From NCBI GenBank assembly GCA_045046875.1, contig JASFYY010000036.1:1-51337 (forward strand): a DNA stretch of 51,337 nt, in the 5' to 3' direction. The notes beneath the pieces were generated by a model. It ran no database searches. It was given only the letters and a program-made list of their open reading frames with translations, and was not told where the DNA came from. The position numbers were made by a program, and so were the translations under genes. This stretch comes from Verrucomicrobiota bacterium (GTDB lineage Bacteria; Verrucomicrobiota; Verrucomicrobiia; Verrucomicrobiales; DEV007). This document shows positions 29,543 through 39,568 of this stretch, one piece after another. The first letter of the stretch is position 1, and every line of letters begins with the position of its first letter.

Positions 29543-30451
29543 ATGAAAGGAAATCTCGTTGACATCTCAAACAACTCTCGCTGTGAGCTGGCACCAGTGA
29601 CCATCCTCGGTCGCAATGCCGAATGTCTGGTGCATATTGAAGACCCTCGTGTATCCCGCCGCCATGCCATGATCAGATACCAGGATCAGGGTTTTTGGTT
29701 TTATGACCTCGGCAGTTTTAACGGTAGCCTGTTGAATGGTGCCCGAGTCACTACCGCCCTTAAACTCAAAAATGGAGACACTTTACAACTCGCCGATCAC
29801 TCCTACCAATTCGAACAAGTCGATCAGCCTTCCTCAGCTAAGGACGAAGAACTGCTGGGCAGCGCAACCATTGCGTTGATCCGCTCGATCAAAGTCATCA
29901 TCCTCGTGAGCGACATCAAAGGTTTTACTAGCTTGTCAGAGAACCTGCCTCCCGACGAACTCGCCAGAACAATCGGTCAATGGTATCGCGACTGCGATCA
30001 AATATTAGCTCGCCATGGCGCTACCGTAGACAAATTTATCGGCGATTCCGTGCTCGCCTACTGGACCACCACCGGCCCCGAACAGCGCTTGGCCGCGCTA
30101 AAAGCCAGCCACGATCTGCTCGACGCATGCAATCGTATCTATGCCGAACACCAATCTGTATTTGATCAAATTGAGCAGGACTTTAGCGCAGGAGTCGCTC
30201 TTCATATGGGCGAAGTCGCCTATGGAGGCATGAGCCAAAGCGAATTCACCCTGGTGGGAGATCCTGTCAATCTCACCTTCCGTTTAGAAAGCCTGACCCG
30301 CAATTTGGATAACAATGTCCTAGCCTCCTCAACTTTTTTCGAAAACTGGCCTGAAGGAAGCGTTTACAAAAAAGATCTAGGCCCTCACAAAGTAAAAGGC
30401 CGAGCCAAACCCGTAGATGTCTGCGCAATCACAACCTTCCCCCAGATTTGA
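29543..30451 (+). CDS. FHA-domain class III adenylate cyclase
   Basis: FHA motifs LGR, VSRRHA, DLGSFNGS; cyclase motifs SDIKGFT, DKFIGD, EFTLVGDPVNLTFRLE (Lys/Thr pair indicates ATP specificity). Confidence 0.93.
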   Translation: MKGNLVDISNNSRCELAPVTILGRNAECLVHIEDPRVSRRHAMIRYQDQGFWFYDLGSFNGSLLNGARVTTALKLKNGDTLQLADHSYQFEQVDQPSSAKDEELLGSATIALIRSIKVIILVSDIKGFTSLSENLPPDELARTIGQWYRDCDQILARHGATVDKFIGDSVLAYWTTTGPEQRLAALKASHDLLDACNRIYAEHQSVFDQIEQDFSAGVALHMGEVAYGGMSQSEFTLVGDPVNLTFRLESLTRNLDNNVLASSTFFENWPEGSVYKKDLGPHKVKGRAKPVDVCAITTFPQI

Positions 30452-30542
30452 ACGTCTACGACTATCTGCTTTATTTATCCAACTTCTACACAATAGAAAA
30501 AACCTCCCATTCACCCTCACTGACTTCTTTCTAGCTGCTTAA

Positions 30543-33335
30543 ATGACAGAACTCTTCGACACAGAAGCACTCAACCCTTCTCTAAATACGGTCAGCCAGG
30601 CCGATTTGGATCACTATACCCCGCGTACAGTTGAAGAGCTCAATGAAAAGCTACCCCAGTATGAATTCATCGAACTGATCGCTGTTGGAGGAATGGGAGC
30701 GGTCTACAAAGCGCGCCAGCCCAAACTTGACCGCCTGGTTGCGATCAAGTTATTGCCCATGATGGCTCATGACAAATATGGTTTTGAGGACCGTTTTTCC
30801 CAAGAGGCCAAAGCCATGGCCAAGTTGAGTCATCCTCATATTGTTCCCATCTTCGACTTCGGCGAGACCGGTGACGGGCAAGCCTATTTTGTGATGGAGT
30901 TCATCGAAGGAGCGGACATGTTTCAACTGATTTGCGGGGGCCAACTGACCATCGACCATTTTTTTAGCTGGATCCCCCAAGTTTGTAGCGCTATCCAGTA
31001 TGCACACAAACAGGACATCGTTCATCGTGATATCAAACCGGCGAATATCCTTATCGACAAAGAAGGTAACGTCAAAATGGCCGACTTTGGATTGGCCAAG
31101 CTCACCGGAGCCAAGCCGGCACGCGACCCTGACGACCCGGATGCCAGTCCGGAACCGATAGAAGAAAGTGAATCGGTTTCGATGGGCACCCCGGGTTATG
31201 CCGCGCCCGAACAATTTGACAGCAAGGCCACCGTCGATAGCAGGGCCGACATTTACGCGCTCGGAGTGGTCATGTACCAAATGCTCACAGGGCGCCTGCC
31301 CCAGGGAGCTTTTTCTTTGCCTTCGGAAAGTAACCCCCACATTGATATCCGCTTGGACGAAGTGGTGCTACGGGCGATGCAGGAGGATGCGAATGACCGC
31401 TTTCAAACCATCGGTGAAATATCCGAACGCCTCAGCGCCATCCATGCTACCCGCCATGGCATGCCTGAAGAAAAAAAGGAAAAAGAACCTGAAATTGATC
31501 CCAGCCTCACACCTTCTGGCAAACGGCTCATCACCGGGCCGGTGAAATTAAAATCAAACCCCGCGTCACTCGCAACCGGACGCGTCTCAACTCTGACAGG
31601 AAAAGTTAGCATCCCCCCAGACCGGGTCGCGGCAATCGGCAAGCCTCCTAATTTAGTAACTGGCCGCGTAGCGACCCTCCCCCAAAGCCCGCTAAGCTCT
31701 CGCGCTTCTACCAAACTAAGACGGAACATTGACAGTAGAAAATCAGGCTTACCTGCCTATTTAATTCCCTTGATCGTCGCGGTGGTTTTTCTCATCATTT
31801 TTCTTGTTGTGAAAAACCGAAAACCTTCGGCGCAGCCCGTCCATATCAGCTCAGACCAACTGATGGATGACATCGCCGATGGAATAAAGCCCCAAAACAA
31901 TAAAGAGCAGTTTTCAGGCAACCCTTTTGCGTTCCTTGGTAAAGTCCCCACATTCAATCAAGAAGAAGCTCCCCTACTCGTGATGCGACGGGATGGAAAA
32001 GAGCTTATGCCCTCAGGGATCAGCCAAGTCCCGGAAAATCTCAAGCCTATAAATAGGCTCAGGATTTCCAGTGTTCACCGCGTAGATTCCGAGCCCTTTG
32101 CCATCGCCCTGCATGATGACGGAACGCTGACTGCCTGGGGAGACAATCAATACGGTCAACTCGAAATACCCAAACAAGCTTCAGCTAACATTATTGATGT
32201 CGCTCTTGGTGTTGATCATGCCCTCGCACTCACAAAAGAGGGCAAAGTGATCGCTTGGGGAAGAAATACCACCTATCAATGCAATGTCCCCGATGACTTG
32301 AAAAATGTAATCCAAATAGCAGCAACAAATATTTATTCGATTGCGCTTACCTCCAGCGGTAAAGTGATCCTCTGGGGTAAGGGGGCAATGAAAAAATTTC
32401 CCGCGCGACTGAATGGTACCGATACCAAAGTCACCGCCATCTCAGCCGGTGCAGCGCATGTTTATGCTTTGATTTCCGACGGGAGCCTCATTGGCTGGGG
32501 AAAAAATGGTGCAAATCAACTCGACGAACCTGATGTGGAAAACACCGTCTCCGTCGTTTGTTCAAATCAAGCAACTTTCACTCTCTCCCGTGATGGTGAA
32601 GTCACCGCTTGGGGAATCGGGACACAGTTGCACCTCGCTCGGAGCCAGAAAATCACTTCTATCACCGCATTCCCAGACGCACTTGTCTTAAGGAATGCGG
32701 ACGATCAATGGCTATTCTTCGGACCTTATCAAAAAAACATAATCCCCCTGTCTCCCCCATCTGCTAAAATGAGATACGCCCTGTCTCCCGAGTATATTTT
32801 TGCATGGCCCTCCAGTTCAAAGCCTGCCCATTCTGCAGCATCCGCCCGCAATCAAAGTGCTCCCCCCAATCCCAATCCCAATAGCGAAGCGGGGAAGCTG
32901 ATTCTGAAAATTGAAAGCGAAGCGACCAACACATTCCACGAGCAAACCGAATTACCTTTTAAAGCAGCCATCTCTAAACTCAACAGCTTCTACAGCCAGG
33001 CACTCGATAGTGCAAAAAGTGCAGCAAATGACCCGTCTATAAGTGCAGCTTTTCAAAATGAAATCGAACGGATCAACAGCGGCAGCCCTTTACAGGAAGG
33101 CGAACATACAAACATCCCCAAAGATCTGCTTTCAATGAGAACCACCTATCTTGAAAAGCTTAAATCCTATGATCAGGATATTCAAAAAAACCGATCTCTG
33201 CACGAATCTTCGTTGGACTCCAAACTTGAGAAACTCCAGCAAAAATTCATTGATGGCAAAAACACCGAGGCGGCACTTGAAGTAGAAAACTTCCGTCAAC
33301 AACGCAAACAGTGGTTGCAGAAAAGGAACCCCTAG
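30543..33335 (+). CDS. Transmembrane Hanks-type Ser/Thr protein kinase with extracytoplasmic RCC1/BLIP-II-like repeats
   Basis: GGMGAVYKA, VAIK, HRDIKPAN, DFGLAK, GTPGYAAPE; single TM (YLIPLIVAVVFLIIFLVV); repeated AL..DG.V.AWG.N..GQ units. Confidence 0.93.
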   Translation: MTELFDTEALNPSLNTVSQADLDHYTPRTVEELNEKLPQYEFIELIAVGGMGAVYKARQPKLDRLVAIKLLPMMAHDKYGFEDRFSQEAKAMAKLSHPHIVPIFDFGETGDGQAYFVMEFIEGADMFQLICGGQLTIDHFFSWIPQVCSAIQYAHKQDIVHRDIKPANILIDKEGNVKMADFGLAKLTGAKPARDPDDPDASPEPIEESESVSMGTPGYAAPEQFDSKATVDSRADIYALGVVMYQMLTGRLPQGAFSLPSESNPHIDIRLDEVVLRAMQEDANDRFQTIGEISERLSAIHATRHGMPEEKKEKEPEIDPSLTPSGKRLITGPVKLKSNPASLATGRVSTLTGKVSIPPDRVAAIGKPPNLVTGRVATLPQSPLSSRASTKLRRNIDSRKSGLPAYLIPLIVAVVFLIIFLVVKNRKPSAQPVHISSDQLMDDIADGIKPQNNKEQFSGNPFAFLGKVPTFNQEEAPLLVMRRDGKELMPSGISQVPENLKPINRLRISSVHRVDSEPFAIALHDDGTLTAWGDNQYGQLEIPKQASANIIDVALGVDHALALTKEGKVIAWGRNTTYQCNVPDDLKNVIQIAATNIYSIALTSSGKVILWGKGAMKKFPARLNGTDTKVTAISAGAAHVYALISDGSLIGWGKNGANQLDEPDVENTVSVVCSNQATFTLSRDGEVTAWGIGTQLHLARSQKITSITAFPDALVLRNADDQWLFFGPYQKNIIPLSPPSAKMRYALSPEYIFAWPSSSKPAHSAASARNQSAPPNPNPNSEAGKLILKIESEATNTFHEQTELPFKAAISKLNSFYSQALDSAKSAANDPSISAAFQNEIERINSGSPLQEGEHTNIPKDLLSMRTTYLEKLKSYDQDIQKNRSLHESSLDSKLEKLQQKFIDGKNTEAALEVENFRQQRKQWLQKRNP

Positions 33336-34420
33336 CCCACTTCATAACCGTGGAATACCCTCACCGAATAGACCAACTTTGCTGTGCGATTGCTAACTCC
33401 AACGCTACTACAGATCTTTACCTCAGCGAAGACTCCCCTCCCCACTACAGATCCCAGAATGCAGTTACGCCCGTTGATGACATCCTCCTGTCACACGCAG
33501 ATATGGAAAACTTTTGGATCCAATGTGGAGCCGACCCCAACACCATTACTGATCACGACAGCGCTTATGTCGCCAGCAACGGACGACGTTTCCGGGTTAA
33601 CTTGAATAGGCAACTAGGCCGCCTAGCCGCCGTGCTGCGTCCGATCGAAATACGCATCCCTTCTTTTGAGCAACTGCACCTGCCCATCCCCGTGCTCGAA
33701 GACTGGTCCTCCCGCTCGTCGGGACTGGTCTTATTGACCGGCCCCACCGGATGCGGAAAATCCACCACCGTGGCAGCCTGCCTGGAATGGGTCAACCAAC
33801 ACCGCCAAGCCCACATCGTCACCATCGAAGACCCGATCGAGTTTCTTTTTCAATCAAAAAACTCCCTCTTCACCCAACGGGAAGTAGGCAGTGATACCGG
33901 ATCTTTCCCACAGGGACTGCGCAGTGCGCTGCGCCAAAGCCCGCACGTTATTTTTGTCGGAGAAATCCGTGATACAGAAACCGCGATCACCGCCCTGCAA
34001 GCAGCAGAAACCGGGCATCTGGTTTTTTCAACCCTCCACTGCCACAACATCTCGGATGCCTTTGAGCGCCTCAGCAACCTTTTCCCCTCCGAAAACCGGG
34101 ACAGCGCCCTCTTGATTCTCTCCAAACAGCTGGTAGGCATCATGGCGCAACGTTTGTTACCCGGAAACGCAGGAACTCTCACCCCGGTTTCCGAACATAT
34201 CCAAAATCGTGGGGCAACCCAAAAATGGATCCGCGAAGGTGCCCATCAAAAAATGGCGGACCTGTTGGCTCGCGAAGACGAAGGCAATCAATCCTTCCTG
34301 CACTCGATACTCAGTGAATTCCGCGCCGGCAACATTGATGAAAACACCGCCATCCAAGCCTGCGACAACCCCGACGACTTCTCCCGCGCCCTACGCGGCA
34401 TTTCCGCGCGAGTGAATTAA
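33311..34420 (+). CDS. PilT/PilU-family type IV pilus retraction-like ATPase (copy 1)
   Basis: GPTGCGKS, TIEDPIE, QREVG.DT, LRQSPHVIFVGEIRD, ETGHLVFSTLH; start uncertain (33311 or 33350). Confidence 0.92.
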   Translation: MVAEKEPLAHFITVEYPHRIDQLCCAIANSNATTDLYLSEDSPPHYRSQNAVTPVDDILLSHADMENFWIQCGADPNTITDHDSAYVASNGRRFRVNLNRQLGRLAAVLRPIEIRIPSFEQLHLPIPVLEDWSSRSSGLVLLTGPTGCGKSTTVAACLEWVNQHRQAHIVTIEDPIEFLFQSKNSLFTQREVGSDTGSFPQGLRSALRQSPHVIFVGEIRDTETAITALQAAETGHLVFSTLHCHNISDAFERLSNLFPSENRDSALLILSKQLVGIMAQRLLPGNAGTLTPVSEHIQNRGATQKWIREGAHQKMADLLAREDEGNQSFLHSILSEFRAGNIDENTAIQACDNPDDFSRALRGISARVN

Positions 34421-34489
34421 TGCAGAAGTCAGTAGATAGAATTCAGGATTCAGAATCCTCCATTTTCCACCCTTCAAACTTCATTTTCC

Positions 34490-35650
34490 ATGGCCTTATT
34501 CAATAAATCGACTCCAGCTCCCGCTGACCCTCCGCAGGTCAAAGACCTGGTCGAATACTTGGGTGAAACCGTCCGCCGAGGGGGCTCCGATCTCCACCTC
34601 TCGGTGAACGCCCCTCCCATGTCGCGGGTCAACGGCACCCTGCAACCGCTCGAAGCTTTCCCTTTGACCGCCGAACACTGTCGCAACCTGATCCTCAGTG
34701 TCATCAACGAACAGCAACGGGCGCGTTTGGAAGAAGACTGGGAACTCGACTTCGCCATATCCATCGAAGGTCTCGGACGTTTTCGTGGCAATGCTCATTA
34801 CAACCGTCACTTCCTCGAAGCCGCTTTCCGTCACATCCCCGACGCCATCCCCGATCTGCAAAACCTTGGCCACGCCCCCATCGTAGAGAAGCTCTGCCAA
34901 CTACGCGAAGGACTCGTGCTGGTCACCGGCATCACTGGCTCAGGTAAAAGCACCACCCTTGCCTCAATGGTGAAACGCATCAGCGAACAACGCTCCGGCA
35001 TCATCATCTCCATCGAAGATCCCATCGAGTATGTTTTCCAACACAGCATGTCGATTGTCAAACAGCGCGAGATTGGCAAAGACACCCACAGCTTTTCCGC
35101 CGCCCTGCGTCACTCCCTGCGCCAGGATCCCGACGTTATACTGGTCAGCGAAATGCGCGACCTCGAGACCATTTCCACCGCCATCACCGCATCGGAAACC
35201 GGACACTTGGTTCTAAGCACCCTGCATACCATGGATGCTCCGAAATCACTCGATCGCATGATCGACGCCTTCCCCGCCGATCAACAGGATCAAATCGTCG
35301 CGCAGTTGGCCAACGCCTTGCAAGCTGTGGTCTCCCAGCGACTGATCCCACGCAAAGACGGACAAGGCCGCGTGCTCGCTTCCGAGGTTATGATCATGAA
35401 CCACGGCATCCGCGCCTGTCTTCGCCAGCGTCGTTTCGAGCAAATCCTCGGCCTGATGGAAATCGGTCAATCCGACGGCATGCGCTCCATCGACGACAGC
35501 CTGATCGAGCTGCTGTTACAAAATATCATCTCCGACGAAGAAGCTCTCGCTAATGCCCGCGATCAACAACGTCTGCAAGGTCTGATCAGCGAAATTGGCA
35601 ACAGCGATCGCAAACGCGCCAAACTAGCCAAAAAACACCTTGGTATCTAA
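34490..35650 (+). CDS. pilT: PilT/PilU-family type IV pilus retraction-like ATPase (copy 2)
   Basis: SDLHL, GRFRGNA, GITGSGKS, SIEDPIE, LRQDPDVILVSEMRD, ETGHLVLSTLH. Confidence 0.9.
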   Translation: MALFNKSTPAPADPPQVKDLVEYLGETVRRGGSDLHLSVNAPPMSRVNGTLQPLEAFPLTAEHCRNLILSVINEQQRARLEEDWELDFAISIEGLGRFRGNAHYNRHFLEAAFRHIPDAIPDLQNLGHAPIVEKLCQLREGLVLVTGITGSGKSTTLASMVKRISEQRSGIIISIEDPIEYVFQHSMSIVKQREIGKDTHSFSAALRHSLRQDPDVILVSEMRDLETISTAITASETGHLVLSTLHTMDAPKSLDRMIDAFPADQQDQIVAQLANALQAVVSQRLIPRKDGQGRVLASEVMIMNHGIRACLRQRRFEQILGLMEIGQSDGMRSIDDSLIELLLQNIISDEEALANARDQQRLQGLISEIGNSDRKRAKLAKKHLGI

Positions 35651-35686
35651 TCATGTATTCGTAACCACCTCAACCCCCACTTCCCC

Positions 35687-38686
35687 ATGTGCCACCTCCG
35701 CCCCCTGTGTGCTTTTCTAGTGATAGTTTTGCTATCCACTATCTCCGCCTCCGCCCAATCCCCGGTCGATCAAGCTCTCAAAAAAATTGATTCCCAACAC
35801 GGTATTGTCTGCGTTCTCGGACTCGACAAAAAACACGACGCGTCTTTCCCCCTGGCCCTCGCTCAAGCCAGCGAACTGCAGATTTATTTTCAATCAGCCG
35901 ACGCCCGGCAAGTCCGCGCCGTGCGTGAAAAAGCCGAAGCTGCCGGATTGTTAGGCAAACGCCTATTCGCCGATCAAGGCCCCCTCGACTCCATCCACCT
36001 TGCCAATAACATCGCCGATGCCATCCTGGTCTCTGACGGAACATCAGGCATCACCGACGACGAACTGCTACGCGCCCTGCGTCCGTTAGCCTCAGCCTTC
36101 ATCGCTGATCGCACCCTCACCAAACCTGTGCCTGCAGGCAGCGAAGACTGGAGTCACCCCTATCACAGCCCCGACAACAACCCCAACTCAAACGACCAGT
36201 TGGCAAAAGGCAAACTGCGCACTCAGTTCATCTCTGCTCCCAAGTTCAGCCCGATGCCGCAACAAACTGTCATCGGCGGCGGACGCATTTATAAAGCCAT
36301 GGGCCACATCGCCCACAAAAAAAACCAAAACGTCATGCTCAATACCCTGCTCTGCATGAACGCATACAACGGCACCATCCTGTGGAAAAGACCGCTGCCC
36401 AAAGGTTTCATGATCCACCGCAATACCATGATCGCCACCCCTGACGCGCTCTACCTCGGTGACCACGAATCCTGCAAAATCATCGATGGCAAAACCGGCG
36501 AAGTTCGCAGCCAGATCACCATCCCCAAAGACCTCACCGACGGCCAGACTTGGAAGTGGATGGGGATGAAAAACAACACCCTTTACGCCCTGGTCGGCAA
36601 CCCTGAAGTGCAGGTCGACACCCAGAAAGCCACCCGTCGCGGACTCGGTCACTGGCCTTGGGCGATGTGGAAAGGACACGAGTATAGCGATCCGCGCACC
36701 TCATTCGGATTTGGTCGCACTCTGGTCGCCATTGATACCCAAAGCGGAAAAATCAAATGGAACTACCGCGATCAGGATTTCCTCGACGCGCGCGCGGTGT
36801 GCATGAACGAAAAACAGATTTATATCTACAGCCCGGAAAAATTTCTCATGGCCATCGACCTAAACACGGGCAAAGCAGTCTGGAAAAATTCCGACAAAGA
36901 CCTGATCGAAGCCATCGGTCCGAACGCCAAAGCGCAACACTATATCACTGGTTATTCCACCAGTAACTACATCAAGTGCAACAAAAACTACATCTTTTTC
37001 GCCGGTCCCCAACGTGAAAAAATGACCGTCGCTTCCACCAAGGACGGCAAGCTGGCATGGACCCACCCCACCGGCAACCTGCAGCTGGTTTTGCGCAAAG
37101 ACGCCATCTACGCCGCCGGATCACAGAAGGGGCCTTCCGGTTCTAAACTGGACTACAGCACCGGAAAAATCCTCAAAGCCCTCGCCTCCCGCCGCGCCTG
37201 CACTCGGGCGACAGGTGGAGTTGACAGCATTTTTTACCGCGCCAGCGGAGGCACCATCCGCCTGTTCACCGATACCGACACCCCCACCCACATCGACCCG
37301 ATGCGTCCCGCCTGTCAAGACGGCGTGCTTATTTCCAATGGCCATTTATACTGGGGTCCGTGGATGTGCGGTTGCCAGTTATCATTATATGGCAACATCA
37401 CTCTTGGCCCGGATACCTTGTCCACTTCCAGCATCCCCGATCCGGCGATTGTTTATAAAAACGCCCTCACGCTGCACAGCGATCCTGCCAAGATCGAACC
37501 GCTCAACGCCGATGCCAAAGACTGGCCCGCTTACCGCGGTGATAATCAACGCGCCAATACCACCCAAGTCAAAATCGCCAACAAGATGAAGCTGTTATGG
37601 CAAAGCAAAATCAGCAACGGCGAGCTGCCCACCGCACCTGTCACCGCAGGCGGATTGATCTTCACCGCCGACCGCTCTGGCTTGGTTCGGGCCACTGACA
37701 ACAAAGGCAAGCCTGTGTGGAAAAACTACACCGCCGGTCCGGTGTATTACCCTCCCGCCATCAGCAATGACCGGCTTTTTGTCGGCTCCGCCGATGGCCG
37801 TGTTTACGCCTTCGAAGCCAAAAGCGGACGCCTGCTGTGGACCTTCCGTGTGGGCCAGGCGGATCAATTCATTCCGGTGTTTGGCAAACTGGTCTCCTCC
37901 TGGCCGGTTGCCGGGGGCGTGGTGATCGATGAAAAAAGCCATACGCTCTACGCCGCCGCCGGCATCACCCATTATGATGGAACCTTCGTGGTCGCTCTCG
38001 ATACCACCAGTGGCAAACTCAAATTCAGCAATACCACATCCGGCCAGCTCTCCAGTCACGTGGACAACGGCATCAGCTTGCAAGGCAACCTGAAAATCAT
38101 CGACGGCGAATTGCAATTCCTCGGTGGTGGCGTTTACGAAACCGCACGCTACGATTTGAAAAATCTCGCCAACTTGAACCCTCCCAAGGCCTACGAGTTA
38201 AAAGCGGGTTTCCGCACCGCCTTCTACCCCTACTACCCTGACTACGGCAAATACGTTTCACTCGAACACGAGTATGACAACGGTACATTGCTTTGTCACA
38301 ACGCGGCTTACGAAGGCAGTGCTTTTGCCGACCTAGCTCTTCAAGCAGCACTTCCTGATGGCAAGAAACGCGCCACCAGAGACAAAGCTGGCGAATGGTT
38401 ACGTCGTCGAGGCAAAGCGGAAAAACCGAAAAACCTCTGGCAGGATCAAAACCAGCGCCGCTTCACCAGCTTCATCGTCTCCGGCGATCAACTGCTGTCC
38501 ACGGGACACCCGGATGAAAAACCCGAAGAAGCCTTCATGGCTCTGACTAATGTGAAAGACGGCAAGGATGTATGGCTGATGAAGCTACCCGCCTTGCCCG
38601 TCAAAGGCGGCAGCGCAATTGATCATCTGGGCAATATTTATCTGACACTGGAGAATGGAGAGCTGCTGTGTTATTCAAAAGAGTGA
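35687..38686 (+). CDS. Exported PQQ-binding-like beta-propeller repeat protein with N-terminal degenerate methyltransferase-like domain
   Basis: Signal peptide; WSHPYHSPDNNP; AID..SGK..W blades; RRACTR / RPAC / CGC motifs; second propeller starting DWPAYRGD. Confidence 0.85.
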   Translation: MCHLRPLCAFLVIVLLSTISASAQSPVDQALKKIDSQHGIVCVLGLDKKHDASFPLALAQASELQIYFQSADARQVRAVREKAEAAGLLGKRLFADQGPLDSIHLANNIADAILVSDGTSGITDDELLRALRPLASAFIADRTLTKPVPAGSEDWSHPYHSPDNNPNSNDQLAKGKLRTQFISAPKFSPMPQQTVIGGGRIYKAMGHIAHKKNQNVMLNTLLCMNAYNGTILWKRPLPKGFMIHRNTMIATPDALYLGDHESCKIIDGKTGEVRSQITIPKDLTDGQTWKWMGMKNNTLYALVGNPEVQVDTQKATRRGLGHWPWAMWKGHEYSDPRTSFGFGRTLVAIDTQSGKIKWNYRDQDFLDARAVCMNEKQIYIYSPEKFLMAIDLNTGKAVWKNSDKDLIEAIGPNAKAQHYITGYSTSNYIKCNKNYIFFAGPQREKMTVASTKDGKLAWTHPTGNLQLVLRKDAIYAAGSQKGPSGSKLDYSTGKILKALASRRACTRATGGVDSIFYRASGGTIRLFTDTDTPTHIDPMRPACQDGVLISNGHLYWGPWMCGCQLSLYGNITLGPDTLSTSSIPDPAIVYKNALTLHSDPAKIEPLNADAKDWPAYRGDNQRANTTQVKIANKMKLLWQSKISNGELPTAPVTAGGLIFTADRSGLVRATDNKGKPVWKNYTAGPVYYPPAISNDRLFVGSADGRVYAFEAKSGRLLWTFRVGQADQFIPVFGKLVSSWPVAGGVVIDEKSHTLYAAAGITHYDGTFVVALDTTSGKLKFSNTTSGQLSSHVDNGISLQGNLKIIDGELQFLGGGVYETARYDLKNLANLNPPKAYELKAGFRTAFYPYYPDYGKYVSLEHEYDNGTLLCHNAAYEGSAFADLALQAALPDGKKRATRDKAGEWLRRRGKAEKPKNLWQDQNQRRFTSFIVSGDQLLSTGHPDEKPEEAFMALTNVKDGKDVWLMKLPALPVKGGSAIDHLGNIYLTLENGELLCYSKE

Positions 38687-38701
38687 AAACTCTCATCCCC
38701 C

Positions 38702-39472
38702 ATGCGTTATTACACCAGCATCCGGCTCAAACGCGACGAAGTAGAAGATTTCGACCGATACCCCTTCTCTATACCCGCGATCCGCAATCTCGACGAAATC
38801 GACTTGGATGAAAACGTCACTTTCATCATCGGTGAAAATGGCGCAGGTAAATCCACCCTTATCGAAGCGGTTGCGGTGCGACTAGGATTCAACCCTGAAG
38901 GAGGTAGCAAAAATTTCAACTTTGCAACCCGGGAATCCCATTCAGAGTTATCCACCAAGTTAGTGGTTCCACGAACGCCAGAAAAACCTACTGACGGTTA
39001 TTTTCTCAGAGCCGAAAGTTTTTACAACGTCGCCTCCGAACTGGAACGACTCGATGATCCTGCCTACAAAGCCCCGCCTCTCACTGATGCTTACGGAGGC
39101 AAAGGGCTTCACGAGCAATCCCACGGCGAATCCTTTTTCTCCTTGCTCAACTACCGCCTGACCGGCGGAGGTTTTTACATCTTTGACGAACCCGAGGCCG
39201 CGCTCTCCCCACAAAGACAGTTGGCGATGCTCACCATCATGCACCGACTGATTTATCATCGATCCCAGTTGCTCATCGCCACCCACTCCCCGATCATCAT
39301 GGCCTACCCCAATGCCACCATCTACCAGCTCACCGATGACAAAATTGAGCAAGTCGAATACAAAGACACCGAGCACTACCAAATTACCAAAACCTTTCTC
39401 GATTGCCCCGAACGAATGCTCCACCACCTACTCACCGAAGAAGACAACTACCTCTTGGACCTAGAGCGCTGA
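38702..39472 (+). CDS. Stand-alone ABC/AAA-family ATPase (COG3910-like)
   Basis: GENGAGKS, GFNPEGGS, FLRAESF, HEQSHGESF, FDEPEAALSP, IATHSP. Confidence 0.9.
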   Translation: MRYYTSIRLKRDEVEDFDRYPFSIPAIRNLDEIDLDENVTFIIGENGAGKSTLIEAVAVRLGFNPEGGSKNFNFATRESHSELSTKLVVPRTPEKPTDGYFLRAESFYNVASELERLDDPAYKAPPLTDAYGGKGLHEQSHGESFFSLLNYRLTGGGFYIFDEPEAALSPQRQLAMLTIMHRLIYHRSQLLIATHSPIIMAYPNATIYQLTDDKIEQVEYKDTEHYQITKTFLDCPERMLHHLLTEEDNYLLDLER

Positions 39473-39498
39473 ATCGCTTTACTCCAACCCTCACCATT

Positions 39499-39562
39499 GT
39501 AGGGCGGGGGCTCCCCCTGCCCGCTTCAACCTCTGCAAGAGCAGCCGAAGCAGCCACGCTAC
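39499..39562. repeat. Inverted pair of GTAG-type REP-like palindromes
   Basis: GTAG-GGCGGGGG-CTC-CCCCTGCCC at 39499 and a reverse-oriented unit ending ...CACGCTAC at 39562. Confidence 0.6.
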
Positions 39563-39568
39563 AATCTC

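Noticed and set aside
38702..39472. Anti-phage ATPase of a Gabija/PARIS/Septu-type system
   Set aside because: No partner nuclease or TOPRIM gene; matches the common stand-alone COG3910-like family
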